64,000 nucleotides of DNA from Candidatus Poribacteria bacterium (GCA_965208675.1 OZ242351.1:4288001-4352000); one strand, 5' to 3'; shown: positions 28,151 to 38,668, counted from the stretch's first letter. The notes: generated by a model from the sequence alone, not told the origin. Translations and numbers: made by a program.

Positions 28151-29416
28151 GTGAGAATTGCATTGACGACCTGGGGTTCAATCGGCGATGTCCAGCCATT
28201 TTTGGCGCTGGCGCGGAAGCTGCGCAATGCTGGCAATGAAATTCGAGTTTGTACTTCAGAGATTTACCGTGATCGCTTTATCGTGCACTCGGTTGACTTC
28301 CACGCGGTTGGCGTTCCCTTCGACTTCTATCGTATGCACCGCGTAATGGATAAGGCCGTAAAAATTAAAGACCCGCTCAGGTCGGCAATCTTACTTGTAA
28401 AAGACGGTATCCTGTACAAAGCGGAAAAGTGGTACCAAGACTGTTTCGAAGCAATGACAGGGCAAGATTTAGCAATCTGCCATTCTGCCGATATCGGAGG
28501 CCAGGAAGCGGCGATTAAACGGAACTTGCCGTGGATTAGTGTCAGCTACTGCCCCGGATTTGTCAAGACGACCGAGAATGCGCCGCACCCAATGCCGAAT
28601 CTTGGGAAACCGTTCAATGCGCTGGCTTGGAAGTTAGTTGAATGGCTGATGCTAAAACAGATCGATCCACTATTCAATGAATTTATCACGTCGATAGGCG
28701 GAAAGCCGCGCCGGCTATTCGGTTTGGACGGTATGTATGCGCCAGAGCTGAATCTCATCGCTGCGTCGCCCCATATCAGCAACCCGCCTCGCGATTTTCC
28801 GATAAAGCATAAATTCACGGGGCCGTGGTTTTTTGATGAGCCGGATTATGAACTTCCTCCGGACCTGTTGAATTTTTTGGATCGAGGCTCGCCGCCCGTT
28901 ATAATTACCTTCGGTTCCATGGGCGGAACTAAAAGCGTCGAAACTACGAAGCTACTCGTAGAAGCCGTTCAGCGTGCCGGCGAACGCGCCATCATCCAAG
29001 CTGGGTGGGGAAACCTTGGACTCGATAAAGCACCGGAAACAATCCATTTTGTCGGATTTGTGCCGCACGCCGCGCTTTTTCACCGAGGGTGCTGTGTCAT
29101 TCATCATGGCGGGGCAGGCACCACAGCATCAGCCTGCCGAGCCGGCGTGCCTTCAATTATTGTTCCACATCTCGCCACGGATCAGTCCTATTGGGGATTA
29201 ACGTTGTACAATTTGGGGGTTGCCCCTAAACCGCTGCATCGTTATGACATGACCGCTAAGCGGTTGTCGAAACGAATTGAGGCGGTGAAGTCTTCAAATT
29301 TCATGGCGGACAGAGCTAAAACACTAGGAAGGAAAGTTGAGGCTGAAGACGGATTGAGGACTGCGGTAGGGTTGATTCAGGAATTTGCTGCAAATCGGAA
29401 TTTAGCCGTCCATTAG
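28151..29416 (+). CDS. Glycosyltransferase family 1 (sterol/UDP-glucosyltransferase-like)
   Basis: GSIGDVQPF, ITFGSM, VPHAALF..HHGGAGTT..GVPSIIVP..DQ.YW. Confidence 0.9.
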   Translation: MRIALTTWGSIGDVQPFLALARKLRNAGNEIRVCTSEIYRDRFIVHSVDFHAVGVPFDFYRMHRVMDKAVKIKDPLRSAILLVKDGILYKAEKWYQDCFEAMTGQDLAICHSADIGGQEAAIKRNLPWISVSYCPGFVKTTENAPHPMPNLGKPFNALAWKLVEWLMLKQIDPLFNEFITSIGGKPRRLFGLDGMYAPELNLIAASPHISNPPRDFPIKHKFTGPWFFDEPDYELPPDLLNFLDRGSPPVIITFGSMGGTKSVETTKLLVEAVQRAGERAIIQAGWGNLGLDKAPETIHFVGFVPHAALFHRGCCVIHHGGAGTTASACRAGVPSIIVPHLATDQSYWGLTLYNLGVAPKPLHRYDMTAKRLSKRIEAVKSSNFMADRAKTLGRKVEAEDGLRTAVGLIQEFAANRNLAVH

Positions 29417-29521
29417 GGTAAGGTTTAAATTTTTCGTAGTAACAGAGTGAGAAGCAGCAGCATCTAACGGCTGCCTCTTGCGCTGTGTCGAGATGAGGCT
29501 CACCAAAGATTGGAGTCCTTC

Positions 29522-30511
29522 ATGGCCGGCACTCGAATTCAAAAGGTTTTGGTCTTTAGTTTCAGCTTTATCGGCGATGCGGTTCTATCAACGGCAGTAA
29601 TCCAGCCACTGCGCCAGCGCTTTCCCGATGCGCAGATTGCATTTCTTGTCGGTGTGCGTGCGGCAAATCTATTTTCGGGCGCCCCACAGATTGATCAGGT
29701 GTTTGTTTACGATAATCACGGCGTACATTCCGGCTGGCGTGGGAAAGTTCGTCTCATCGAAATGCTGCGCCGCGAGAAATTTGATTTAGTGATAGATCTT
29801 CGGGATAGCATCTGGTCGAGGTTCGTTGGCAAAAAGCGTTGGGGCATAAAACTGAGAGGTGCGGATATGCACGCTGTGACGCGCTATCTCGACATACTGC
29901 ATCGGCATGGAGTGGACACCGCTGGGGCGCAGCCAAAACTAGAATTCACCGATGTGGAGCTTTCGAAACGGGACAAGTTTCTGGAGGAATGCGGTGTTGA
30001 TCGTAGTCGTTTGCTGATTGGGGTTCATCCCGGCGGAAATTGGATTTACAAATTGTGGTCACCGAAGAATTATGCGCGGATGTCGGACACGCTGCATGAA
30101 AGATGGAACGCTCAGATTCTGTTGTTCGCGGGACCGGACGAACAGCCATTGCTATCGGATGTGGTTTCCACAATGAACTACCAGCCAATCGTCGTAAAAA
30201 CTCAAGATTTGCGCCGAGTTGCAGCTTTGATAGAAGCGTGCAACCTTTATGTCGGAAACGATACGGGGCCGATGCACATCGCCGCCGCTGTTGGGATTCG
30301 TGTTGCCGCCATTTTCGGATCAACAAATTACCGCCGCAGCGGACCTTATGGAAAGGAACATACAGTTGTGCAAAGCCGACTTAATCTGGGTTGTAATCCG
30401 TGCCACCCCGGTAAACACCCCGGTAGTTGCGGGAAAAATAGTTGTGAAGTCATTGAGGCTTTATCCGTTGAGCAGGTGCTCTGTGCTATCGAAACCTTAA
30501 GGGCGGCATAA
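29522..30511 (+). CDS. Glycosyltransferase family 9 (LPS heptosyltransferase-like)
   Basis: IGDAVLST, HPGG..KLW, GNDTGPMHIAAAVG..FGST. Confidence 0.92.
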   Translation: MAGTRIQKVLVFSFSFIGDAVLSTAVIQPLRQRFPDAQIAFLVGVRAANLFSGAPQIDQVFVYDNHGVHSGWRGKVRLIEMLRREKFDLVIDLRDSIWSRFVGKKRWGIKLRGADMHAVTRYLDILHRHGVDTAGAQPKLEFTDVELSKRDKFLEECGVDRSRLLIGVHPGGNWIYKLWSPKNYARMSDTLHERWNAQILLFAGPDEQPLLSDVVSTMNYQPIVVKTQDLRRVAALIEACNLYVGNDTGPMHIAAAVGIRVAAIFGSTNYRRSGPYGKEHTVVQSRLNLGCNPCHPGKHPGSCGKNSCEVIEALSVEQVLCAIETLRAA

Positions 30512-30724
30512 ACCATCGAATGAACAGATGCAATGCAGCGCGAGAAATAACTTAAGCTCCCGGAATGGCTTCAGAGTCAATCTACATTGCCAAATTACGG
30601 AGGGTTGTAACTCAGAAACTCGCACCTTACAGATTATGCACGACGCATTACGAGGCATTTCCGAACGCCGCATTACATGGATACCGAAGATGACTTGCGG
30701 CAGATAACCATGAGGTGAAAAATT

Positions 30725-32353
30725 ATGGCATTTCCATCATACGGTGACACCCATCGTTCAACCGTAACCGGCACGCGCGGCATGATTGCGAGTGCGCACC
30801 CCCTCGCGAGTTTGGCGGGCGCGCGTATTCTGCTTCAGGGCGGCAACGCTTTTGATGCGGCGATCACTGTCGCATCGACGCTCAACGTTGTTGAGCCATA
30901 CATGTCTGGCATCGCGGGAAACGGGTACATGCTGCTCTATAGTGCCGAAGAGCAGACTATCCGAGTGCTCGACTACGTGGGCACAAGTCCGTACAATGCA
31001 TCGCGCGGCGCCTTTAGAACTCCGGAGGTTATGGATGTCGGCATACGGTCAGGGATGGTTCCCGGGGCATGCGGCGGTTGGATGGCGGCACTCGATCGAT
31101 ACGGCAGCATGAGCCGGGAAGAAATCTTTGCGCCGGCGATTGAACTCGCGGAAAATGGTTATGCAGTCACCGTCAAAAACGCCTATTTTATGGCGGAAGT
31201 AGCGCCGCGTTTATCGCCCACCGCCGAGAAGGTCATCATGGCGCGCGGACGGACGCCGTTGCCCGGTGAGCTTCTGGTACAGAAAGACCTCGCCCGAACC
31301 CTCCGAAAGGTCGTTGAGGGTGGGGCGGAAGTCTTTTATCGCGGCGAAATTGCCCAGCAGATTGCTCAATTTTGCCGCGAAAACGATGGGTTAATTACCG
31401 AGCAGGATTTAGCCGATTTTCGCGTCGAATGGCAGGAACCGATTTCGGCTTCCTACAAGGGATATGAGATATACTGCCCGCCGCCGCCGTGTTCAGGCTT
31501 CCAATATTTAGAAACACTCAATATTCTGGAGAACGACGAACTCAAAGATTTGGGGCACAACTCAACGGAATCTCTCCATCTGCTGATTGAAGCCATTCGG
31601 CTTGCGAGCGCGGACCGAGCGGAGTACGCCTGTGTGCCCGATTCGCCAATTACCGGACTGCTCTCCAAAGGTTATGCTGCCGCACTGCGGGAACGGATTG
31701 GCAGCCGGGCATCAGTAAGCGGCGGCGAGCGTTATACGAAAGAGAAATTACCCGGCGAGGTGATAGCAGGCGACCCCAGTGAATGGATGCGTGAATGCAC
31801 AACGCACTTCGATGTGGTTGACAGCTTGGGCAACGCGGTTGCGGTGACGCAGAGCATCGGACACCCCTTCGGCTCTGGAACGATTCTCGGCGAAACCGGG
31901 ATGTTCCTAAATAATTTCATCAACTGGTTCGATTTTCTGCCGGAGAGCCCTAATGTCATCGCGCCGCACAAAAGGATTGAGATGTGCATGTCCCCCTGCC
32001 AAATCTGGAAAGACGGAAGGGTGTTCGCAGTGCTCGGGACGCCGGGAAGTCACGGCATTTTGCAAACGACTGCGCAAGTCAACCTCAACCTTCTTGAGCA
32101 CGGTATGAACATCCAAGCCGCTATCGAAGCGCCGCGTGTCCGCCTTGAACACCCGGGTACGGATGTCGGTATAGAAAGCCGAATTCCGTCTGAAGTCAGG
32201 AACGACCTTTCAGGGCGCGGTCATAATGTCCGTTTGTTGCCGGACTGGACGGCGCTCGTCGGGGGAGCGCAAGGCATTGTAATTGACTTGGATGAGGGTG
32301 CATTCATGGGCGGAGCCGATCCGCGCCGCGATGGATACGCCATTGGAATTTAA
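30725..32353 (+). CDS. ggt: Gamma-glutamyltransferase family protein
   Basis: GGNAFDAAI..VVEPYMSGIAG, catalytic CTTHFDVVD, GTPGS, GGADPRRDG. Confidence 0.92.
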   Translation: MAFPSYGDTHRSTVTGTRGMIASAHPLASLAGARILLQGGNAFDAAITVASTLNVVEPYMSGIAGNGYMLLYSAEEQTIRVLDYVGTSPYNASRGAFRTPEVMDVGIRSGMVPGACGGWMAALDRYGSMSREEIFAPAIELAENGYAVTVKNAYFMAEVAPRLSPTAEKVIMARGRTPLPGELLVQKDLARTLRKVVEGGAEVFYRGEIAQQIAQFCRENDGLITEQDLADFRVEWQEPISASYKGYEIYCPPPPCSGFQYLETLNILENDELKDLGHNSTESLHLLIEAIRLASADRAEYACVPDSPITGLLSKGYAAALRERIGSRASVSGGERYTKEKLPGEVIAGDPSEWMRECTTHFDVVDSLGNAVAVTQSIGHPFGSGTILGETGMFLNNFINWFDFLPESPNVIAPHKRIEMCMSPCQIWKDGRVFAVLGTPGSHGILQTTAQVNLNLLEHGMNIQAAIEAPRVRLEHPGTDVGIESRIPSEVRNDLSGRGHNVRLLPDWTALVGGAQGIVIDLDEGAFMGGADPRRDGYAIGI

Positions 32354-32419
32354 GCGTGGGGTGTGATTAGACTAAACTGAACTCGAATACAACGCAGTGT
32401 ATTCCGTTTGAACAAGGAA

Positions 32420-33514
32420 ATGGCTAAAGGGGAAATTTCCCTCAAAAATGTAACGAAGTATTTTGGCAATACCCTCGCCGTTGACAACGTGTCGCTCGAC
32501 ATCCAAAGCGGCGAATTTTTCTCGCTGCTAGGGCCAAGCGGCTGTGGAAAGACGACGACACTCCGCATGATTGGCGGGTTTGAACATCCGAATACAGGCG
32601 ATATTTTCATTAACAATCAGTTAATGGAACAGACGCCGCCATTTCAGCGGGATGTCAATACGGTGTTCCAAAATTATGCCTTGTTCCCCCATAAATCGGT
32701 TGCCCAAAACATCGCATTCGGTATTCAGATGAAGGGATTTGCTAAGCAGGAGATTAAAGAGCAAGTAAATCAATTTTTGAAGATGGTGCGGCTGCCGGAG
32801 CATGGGAGCCGCAAACCCGATCAACTTTCAGGCGGGGAAAAACAACGCGTGGCTTTGGCGCGTGCACTCATCAACCGTCCGTCGATACTGTTGCTTGATG
32901 AACCTTTGGCAGCGTTAGATCTCCAGTTGCGGAAACAGATGCAATCCGAACTCAAATCGCTAAAGTGCGAGATAGGAATCACGTTTGTATATGTCACTCA
33001 CGATCAGGGCGAAGCGCTGGCATTGTCTGACCGAATCGCTGTAATGAATCGGGGGAAAATTCTTCAGGTCGGTAAACCCACTGAAATATATGATTTACCG
33101 AATAACCGTTTTGTGGCGGAATTTATCGGATTGTCTAATTGCTTTGACGGCACACTGTCGGGAATTGAAGATGAGCGGGCGGAGGTCAAATTAGACATAG
33201 ACTCGCGGGCTCGATGCGTCGGACGACCAAATGGTAACCTCGCTCAGGGGGATGCCGTCACAGTGGTTGTGCGCCCTGAACGAATTGATATGGCGCTACA
33301 GCCCGTCCGGAACAATGTCAATCAGATGGAAGGAGTTTTACAAGATGAGAATTACATGGGCACCACCATCCAATATACAGTGCTCGTTTCCCATCAGATT
33401 CCGGTTGTAGTAAATCAACAAAATACGGGGTTGGCGAATGGAGACCGCATCCGAGTCGGTAATACGGTCTACCTGAGTTGGAGGACCGACAGCGCGACTG
33501 TATTGAAACGCTGA
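32420..33514 (+). CDS. ABC transporter ATP-binding protein, PotA-like with TOBE domain
   Basis: GPSGCGKTT, VFQNYALFPH, LSGGEKQRVALARAL, LLLDEP, YVTHDQ. Confidence 0.92.
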   Translation: MAKGEISLKNVTKYFGNTLAVDNVSLDIQSGEFFSLLGPSGCGKTTTLRMIGGFEHPNTGDIFINNQLMEQTPPFQRDVNTVFQNYALFPHKSVAQNIAFGIQMKGFAKQEIKEQVNQFLKMVRLPEHGSRKPDQLSGGEKQRVALARALINRPSILLLDEPLAALDLQLRKQMQSELKSLKCEIGITFVYVTHDQGEALALSDRIAVMNRGKILQVGKPTEIYDLPNNRFVAEFIGLSNCFDGTLSGIEDERAEVKLDIDSRARCVGRPNGNLAQGDAVTVVVRPERIDMALQPVRNNVNQMEGVLQDENYMGTTIQYTVLVSHQIPVVVNQQNTGLANGDRIRVGNTVYLSWRTDSATVLKR

Positions 33515-33690
33515 CAACGGTTCTTTACAGCGCCAAGTTCCCCCCAGATTGGCAAAAGAAGTGGGATGTTTAGCATAGCATTTGTCCTCGGAGTGGATTA
33601 TGCAATCGTGCGTATGTTGGGCAAATCCTTTAATCGACTAAAGAACAAACGAGTCTGGTAGGTGCCTTTTTTCGGCAAGGAGACTTTTAG

Positions 33691-34131
33691 ATGATAACCA
33701 ATTTGCACCATGTTGCAATCCTCACGTCAAACATTGAAGACGCCATAGAATATTACGCGAATTTGCTTGGCTGCCAGTCTCCAAGAATTGCAGAGGTGGA
33801 CCGCCCCGGCGTAAAGCTGAAGTCCGCAATGCTCCCAATCGGACCGACCGGAGATACGTATCTTCAGCTCATTGAGCCTTCGGAGGGGCCGGGCGTGGCG
33901 GAATTAGAGCGTGGCGGGGAAGGAACGTTATTCGAAGTCGGTTTTCAGGTGGATGATTTAGCGGACCTTCACGACGAGATGGACGCTAGAGAGATTATAC
34001 CGCAAGACCTTGCAGGCGATTCGATAGAAGACAAATTCATTGAATCAAAGTTTGGAAATCGGTACTTTTTTCTGCCAAAAGACAAAACGAGGGGCACAAG
34101 GTTGGAGTTTGTGCAGGTTATTAACAAATAG
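33691..34131 (+). CDS. VOC family protein (methylmalonyl-CoA epimerase-like)
   Basis: LHHVAI..LQLIEP..GEG..VGFQVDDL..TRGTRLEFVQ; AGGAG RBS. Confidence 0.85.
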   Translation: MITNLHHVAILTSNIEDAIEYYANLLGCQSPRIAEVDRPGVKLKSAMLPIGPTGDTYLQLIEPSEGPGVAELERGGEGTLFEVGFQVDDLADLHDEMDAREIIPQDLAGDSIEDKFIESKFGNRYFFLPKDKTRGTRLEFVQVINK

Positions 34132-34228
34132 CGCGCGCTAACTGCCGGAAATTGTAGCCTCGTTCTGCACTGAACAATTTGAAGATACACCATCCTGGGG
34201 ATAACGTCTCAATAAGGAGCACATAACC

Positions 34229-34864
34229 GTGAAACCGAATTTCGTTGCAAACGTGATGTTTTCCGTCCTGTTTGGTATGCTAGCTATCCCTCTCCTTGCC
34301 GTTGGTATTCGCGGTCTCAAGGCTCGCCGGCCTTTTCTAACCTCAATGAGGTTGCCATTATTGATGATGCTTGTGTATTGCATATCGCTGCTCTTGCTGT
34401 TACTCTTCTTTTCGATTTCCAATCCTATACTTGTTGTGAGATGGACACCCCTTTTGCTATCAGCGTGCAGCCTTTTGATGCTATGTTACTCAATGAAGGG
34501 TTACCTGGCATTCGGTGTGACATATACTCCGTTTCGCCAGGTGCTGATGACAACGCTCGAAAAACTTCAGTTATCGTACGAAGAGCCCTTCTCCTTAAGA
34601 AGGCTTAAATCTCCTCTATCGGGTCGTGTGACAAAACTGAAATTGGGGGAGGTCGAGCTGCGGATGTGGATGGGAGCCCTCGCTGTTCATCTCCAGGTGA
34701 ATCACAGACTGCATTATCCCTTGCTCAGAGAAATAGTTGATACAATGGACGAATATTTCCGCACGTCTACTGTGCGCACAAATTTGACGCCGTTTGTTTT
34801 GCATGTAATCCTGGCGGTTCTTCTCCTAGCGGTTGGCGTGATGTTCTTTTCTGGCTCCTTCTAA
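34229..34864 (+). CDS. Hypothetical membrane protein
   Basis: 211 aa, about 4 hydrophobic segments, AAGGAG RBS before GTG. Confidence 0.7.
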   Translation: MKPNFVANVMFSVLFGMLAIPLLAVGIRGLKARRPFLTSMRLPLLMMLVYCISLLLLLLFFSISNPILVVRWTPLLLSACSLLMLCYSMKGYLAFGVTYTPFRQVLMTTLEKLQLSYEEPFSLRRLKSPLSGRVTKLKLGEVELRMWMGALAVHLQVNHRLHYPLLREIVDTMDEYFRTSTVRTNLTPFVLHVILAVLLLAVGVMFFSGSF

Positions 34865-35182
34865 CATGCCGATGAGTTTCAATTTGTTTCCCCGTGCAAT
34901 TGGCAAATCAAAATATACTTCATGGGTAGGTATCGCTTACAAGGCTTTTCAGCCAGATGCGTCCGTAGTCTGTGCCTATTATAATGAGGACAAGAGATGG
35001 CAATCAAAACATACAGGATGCGCGTGACAATTGAATTGACGGAGTCCATTGGGCGCATGTCAAACGCGCAGATGTTAAGTTAGGCGACGATAGTAAGCGG
35101 AATAGGTTAAGCCATATCTGGAAATTTGCACATAGCGTGAAGTGGTTTATTTGCCCGAAACGGTTCAGGCCTCTTCGCATCT

Positions 35183-35198
35183 TGCACCAAATGGTGCA
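35183..35198. promoter_or_regulatory. NtrC-like upstream activator site
   Basis: Palindrome TGCACCA-AA-TGGTGCA about 130-150 bp upstream of a sigma54 promoter; 1 nt shorter than the enteric NtrC box. Confidence 0.6.
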
Positions 35199-35329
35199 GC
35201 CGCGCTTTTTGGATTTGAAGGAAGAAAAGTTACTCCGCACCGCTACAAAAATGACAAAGCAAACGTCAGCACCTGATAACAGCCAAGAGCGAAAGCACGC
35301 CAAATCTCGGTGTATAAAAACATAAAGGA

Positions 35330-35346
35330 TTGGCACATTTATTGCA
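35330..35346 (+). promoter_or_regulatory. Sigma54 (-24/-12) promoter
   Basis: TTGGCAC-ATTTA-TTGCA, exact GG-N10-GC spacing, about 82 nt before ATG 35429. Confidence 0.75.
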
Positions 35347-35428
35347 ATAACACATGGCAGTTTGAGAGGAAACGGTCCACATGCTAGATTACTGAAGAGC
35401 ACCATTACAGAGACTAAGGAGGATTAAA

Positions 35429-36247
35429 ATGTTCTCTAAGACTGTTGTCACCGCTTTCGTATTAACGGTTATCGCATTGGCGGTTTTCCCTGTCAGTGAA
35501 GTAGAAGCTCAGGAATACGTGACAAAGGACCTCATGGGTTATTGGACGATGGACAAGGCAAATATCGATGGGCAAATCGTCAAAGATATTTCGGGAAATA
35601 ACAATCATGGAGTAATTATCGGAAATCCCCAAACCGCCCGTGGAATAATCGGCGAAGCTCTCGATTTTGACGGAGTGGATGATTTTATTGCCCTCCCGGA
35701 TTTGGGGCATGAATCCGAAGTGACGGTAGAGGTCTGGGCGAGGGGCGATTCGGCTTTCCGGGTTAATGGGTTGGTTTCTTCGTCCGTTATCCCGGAACAG
35801 ATGCCGGGAAGTGTTGTGACCTTCAGTGTTAGATTCAATCGAATTGACCTCAACTTAAAGGACAGGGACGGCTACATATCATACCAAGGCGGTACAGTGA
35901 AGCCGTACAAGTGGTATCACCTCGCCTATACTTCCAATTTGATTGAACCGGGTGAGGAACGGCTCGCGGTGTACATTAATGGAAGAGAAAGGGACAGGGG
36001 AATTCACGGCGTGAGGGAGTTTCCAGTCGTTGAAACGCCGCCAATCAATCTCACCCGCCTCAGAATCGGAAGCGAACTCAAGGGCAGGTACTTTCCTGGT
36101 ATCCTTGATGAAGTCCGCATCTATAATCGCGCATTAACGCGGGAAGAGATTCAGCAAAATTTTGAATACAAAAACAATGCGCTGGCGGTTGATTCGAGAG
36201 GGGAGTTAGCTGTTTCTTGGGGTGAGTTGAAGAAATCGAGACATTAG
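35429..36247 (+). CDS. Secreted LamG/concanavalin A-like domain protein
   Basis: Signal peptide, GYWTMD..DISGNNNHG..ALDFDGVDD..W.H..LDEVRIYNRAL; C-terminal AVDSRGELAVSWGELK. Confidence 0.92.
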   Translation: MFSKTVVTAFVLTVIALAVFPVSEVEAQEYVTKDLMGYWTMDKANIDGQIVKDISGNNNHGVIIGNPQTARGIIGEALDFDGVDDFIALPDLGHESEVTVEVWARGDSAFRVNGLVSSSVIPEQMPGSVVTFSVRFNRIDLNLKDRDGYISYQGGTVKPYKWYHLAYTSNLIEPGEERLAVYINGRERDRGIHGVREFPVVETPPINLTRLRIGSELKGRYFPGILDEVRIYNRALTREEIQQNFEYKNNALAVDSRGELAVSWGELKKSRH

Positions 36248-36617
36248 ATTCCATTTCGCCCCTATCGCGGACGACAAATTGCATTGGGTTTCGATTCTAT
36301 CGGGTTGAACCGAAGAAGAGATCCCCGCTTGCAAACATTGGTGCCGCATTGGTCAAGCTAACGCTTACTTTCAGTCGAGGAAATAAGTAAAATTTAGAGT
36401 TCTGGGGAGTGGAGCGTAATCGTGAAAGGAATGGCAGTTGGCATTATCGAAGCCGGTGCAAATGCCGAATGGAAACATTTGCTAGGTCATCGCAATTTTG
36501 AAAGGGTTTACGTCATCGCCGTCTACGGCATAGATGAGGGTAGGGCGAGGCATTTTACTGGACGAAACGGGATTTAAAATGTATTCACTGATTAACATCA
36601 TTCGATTACGATTAGAT

Positions 36618-36634
36618 TTGGCATATTCATTGCG
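36618..36634 (+). promoter_or_regulatory. Sigma54 (-24/-12) promoter
   Basis: TTGGCAT-ATTCA-TTGCG, GG-N10-GC, about 81 nt before ATG 36716 (same position as in the paralogue). Confidence 0.7.
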
Positions 36635-36715
36635 ACGGTTATCAAGTGGAGTGAAAAAAGCCGGTAGATTCACGGGTTAACTGATATACATTTACCAAGG
36701 AAAAGGAGGGCAAAA

Positions 36716-37561
36716 ATGATTTACAGGACTGTTGTAACCACAATCGTACTTATGGTTATAGTATCGGTAGTCTACTCCGTCGAAGCAGAATCCGAGGGAT
36801 TTGTTGCGGAGGGTCTCATTGGTTACTGGACGATGGATAGAGCTGATATCGAAGGGGACATCGTGAAAGATGTATCGGGAGAGGCAAACCATGGTAAAAT
36901 TGGAGGCACTCCTCAAATCGTACCTGGTAAAATCGGGGAAGCCCTCGATTTTGATGGCGTTGATGATTATGTAGCCCTCCCGGATTTAGGGCATAATCGC
37001 GAAGTAACGGTGGAAGTCTGGGCGAGAATAGATCGGCCGATTCGACCTCGAGAAGTGTATGAGTTGGTTTCCACCTTTGGTGTTCCACATCAGATGCCGG
37101 GAAGCGTTGTAACCTTCAGTGTTAGGTTCAATGTCGAATTCGATCAAATTCACCTCAGCAGAGATGATGAGTCGAGCAATTGGAGTAGGCGAGGCGGTCC
37201 AGTGAAGCCATTTAGGTGGTATCACTTTGCCTATTCTTGTGACGTAATGAAGCCGGGGCATGAACTCGTGTCGTATTTTAATGGAAATGGAGGGCCAATA
37301 GATCTTGAATTGGCATTTCAGCCCAACCCGGAATTACCAAGAGTTGAAGCGTCGCCAATCAACATGACTAGTCTTAGAATCGGAAGTGAGCGGACGGGCA
37401 GATTTTTTCCGGGCCTTCTCGACGAAGTTCGCATCTATGATAGAGCCTTAACGGTAGAGGAAGTGCAGCAAAATTTTGAGTATAGAAACAACGCACTGGC
37501 GGTTGATGCCGCGGGAAAGCTGGCTGTCACTTGGGGCGCGATGAAGAACTCGCAGAATTAA
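36716..37561 (+). CDS. Secreted LamG domain protein (paralogue of 35429-36247)
   Basis: Shares GYWTMD, GEALDFDGVDD.ALPDLGH, QMPGSVVTFSVRFN, FEY.NNALAVD; C-terminal GKLAVTWGAMK. Confidence 0.92.
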   Translation: MIYRTVVTTIVLMVIVSVVYSVEAESEGFVAEGLIGYWTMDRADIEGDIVKDVSGEANHGKIGGTPQIVPGKIGEALDFDGVDDYVALPDLGHNREVTVEVWARIDRPIRPREVYELVSTFGVPHQMPGSVVTFSVRFNVEFDQIHLSRDDESSNWSRRGGPVKPFRWYHFAYSCDVMKPGHELVSYFNGNGGPIDLELAFQPNPELPRVEASPINMTSLRIGSERTGRFFPGLLDEVRIYDRALTVEEVQQNFEYRNNALAVDAAGKLAVTWGAMKNSQN

Positions 37562-37838
37562 ATTCCTGTGAATATATCGCAGGGGAAGATGAGTTGCGTT
37601 AGCTCCTGATTCTATGGGGTAGAAACGAACGGCGATCTCTGCCTGAGGACATTGGTGTTGCAGTGGTCATACTCAGTCTTACATTCCGTAGAGAAAATAC
37701 GCAAAAATCAGAGTTTTAAGGAATGCGGAGGTTTTTTGGTGTGTGTTTAGAAGAGATGATTATTTTCGCTCTTTTCAAACCATTATATAATCGTATATAA
37801 TAATACGGTACAAACTTAAAACCCAATAAGGAGAAAAA

Positions 37839-38648
37839 ATGAAACACACGATTTTCATTGCATTAATGCTCTGTTTGACTCTCGCGTTCAAGCTTGGAGA
37901 CTCGGCGGCGCTCGAAGTTGACAAGGAAGTAGTCCTCGCTATCACGTTTGACGAAGGAAAGGGTGATGTCGCCAAAGACCTGTCGCCGCACGGCAACGAC
38001 GGCACGTTGCAACAGAAGGCAAAACGGGAAAAAGGAAAGTTTGGGCAGGCGATACGACTGGACGGTACGAACCAAGTTGACGTTGAGAACGACGACAGCC
38101 TCAGTCTACACAAATCCGATTTCACCATCGGGTTATGGCTCTACTTTGAGGAAGACCCGCCGAAAGGGAACCGGGGTTCTGCGGGCTTTACGCTGCTCGG
38201 ACATGACGAGGGCGGCGGTCCCACAAACAAGTGGATTTGGTGGTATTCCGGAAACGGAATCGACTTTCACATCAATACCGCCGGCGGCGCGGGCGTCGCT
38301 TGGGTCGATTCCGAGCCGTGGGATCCGAAGCTAAAGCAGTGGTATCAGATGGTGCTCACCAAGGAGGGAAGAAATTACACTTATTATCTGGATGGCAAAC
38401 CGTTCGGCAGAGTGAATGACAGCGTTCAAATCCCCGAAGAGATTGACCACGCGCTAAACATCGGCTGGTCGGAAGGCCCGTTCTTTTTCAACGGTATGCT
38501 CGACGAAGTCCTCATCGTTAAACGCGCCTTGAGCGAAGATGAGGTTGAATCGCACTTCGATGGCGGATTGAAAGGATTTCTCGCCGTTCGCCCGCACGGA
38601 AAGATTAGCACGACGTGGGGAAACCTGAAGGCAGGTGCATCAAATTGA
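37839..38648 (+). CDS. Secreted LamG domain protein
   Basis: Signal peptide, FDEGKG..DLSPHGNDG, FFNGMLDEV..RAL; C-terminal AVRPHGKISTTWGNLK. Confidence 0.92.
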   Translation: MKHTIFIALMLCLTLAFKLGDSAALEVDKEVVLAITFDEGKGDVAKDLSPHGNDGTLQQKAKREKGKFGQAIRLDGTNQVDVENDDSLSLHKSDFTIGLWLYFEEDPPKGNRGSAGFTLLGHDEGGGPTNKWIWWYSGNGIDFHINTAGGAGVAWVDSEPWDPKLKQWYQMVLTKEGRNYTYYLDGKPFGRVNDSVQIPEEIDHALNIGWSEGPFFFNGMLDEVLIVKRALSEDEVESHFDGGLKGFLAVRPHGKISTTWGNLKAGASN

Positions 38649-38668
38649 TGTTGGTTGGGTAGATAAGC

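Noticed and set aside
35429-37561. Diversity-generating retroelement TR/VR pair in the LamG paralogues
   Set aside because: Differences are spread across the genes and are not adenine-specific, and there is no reverse transcriptase in the window.
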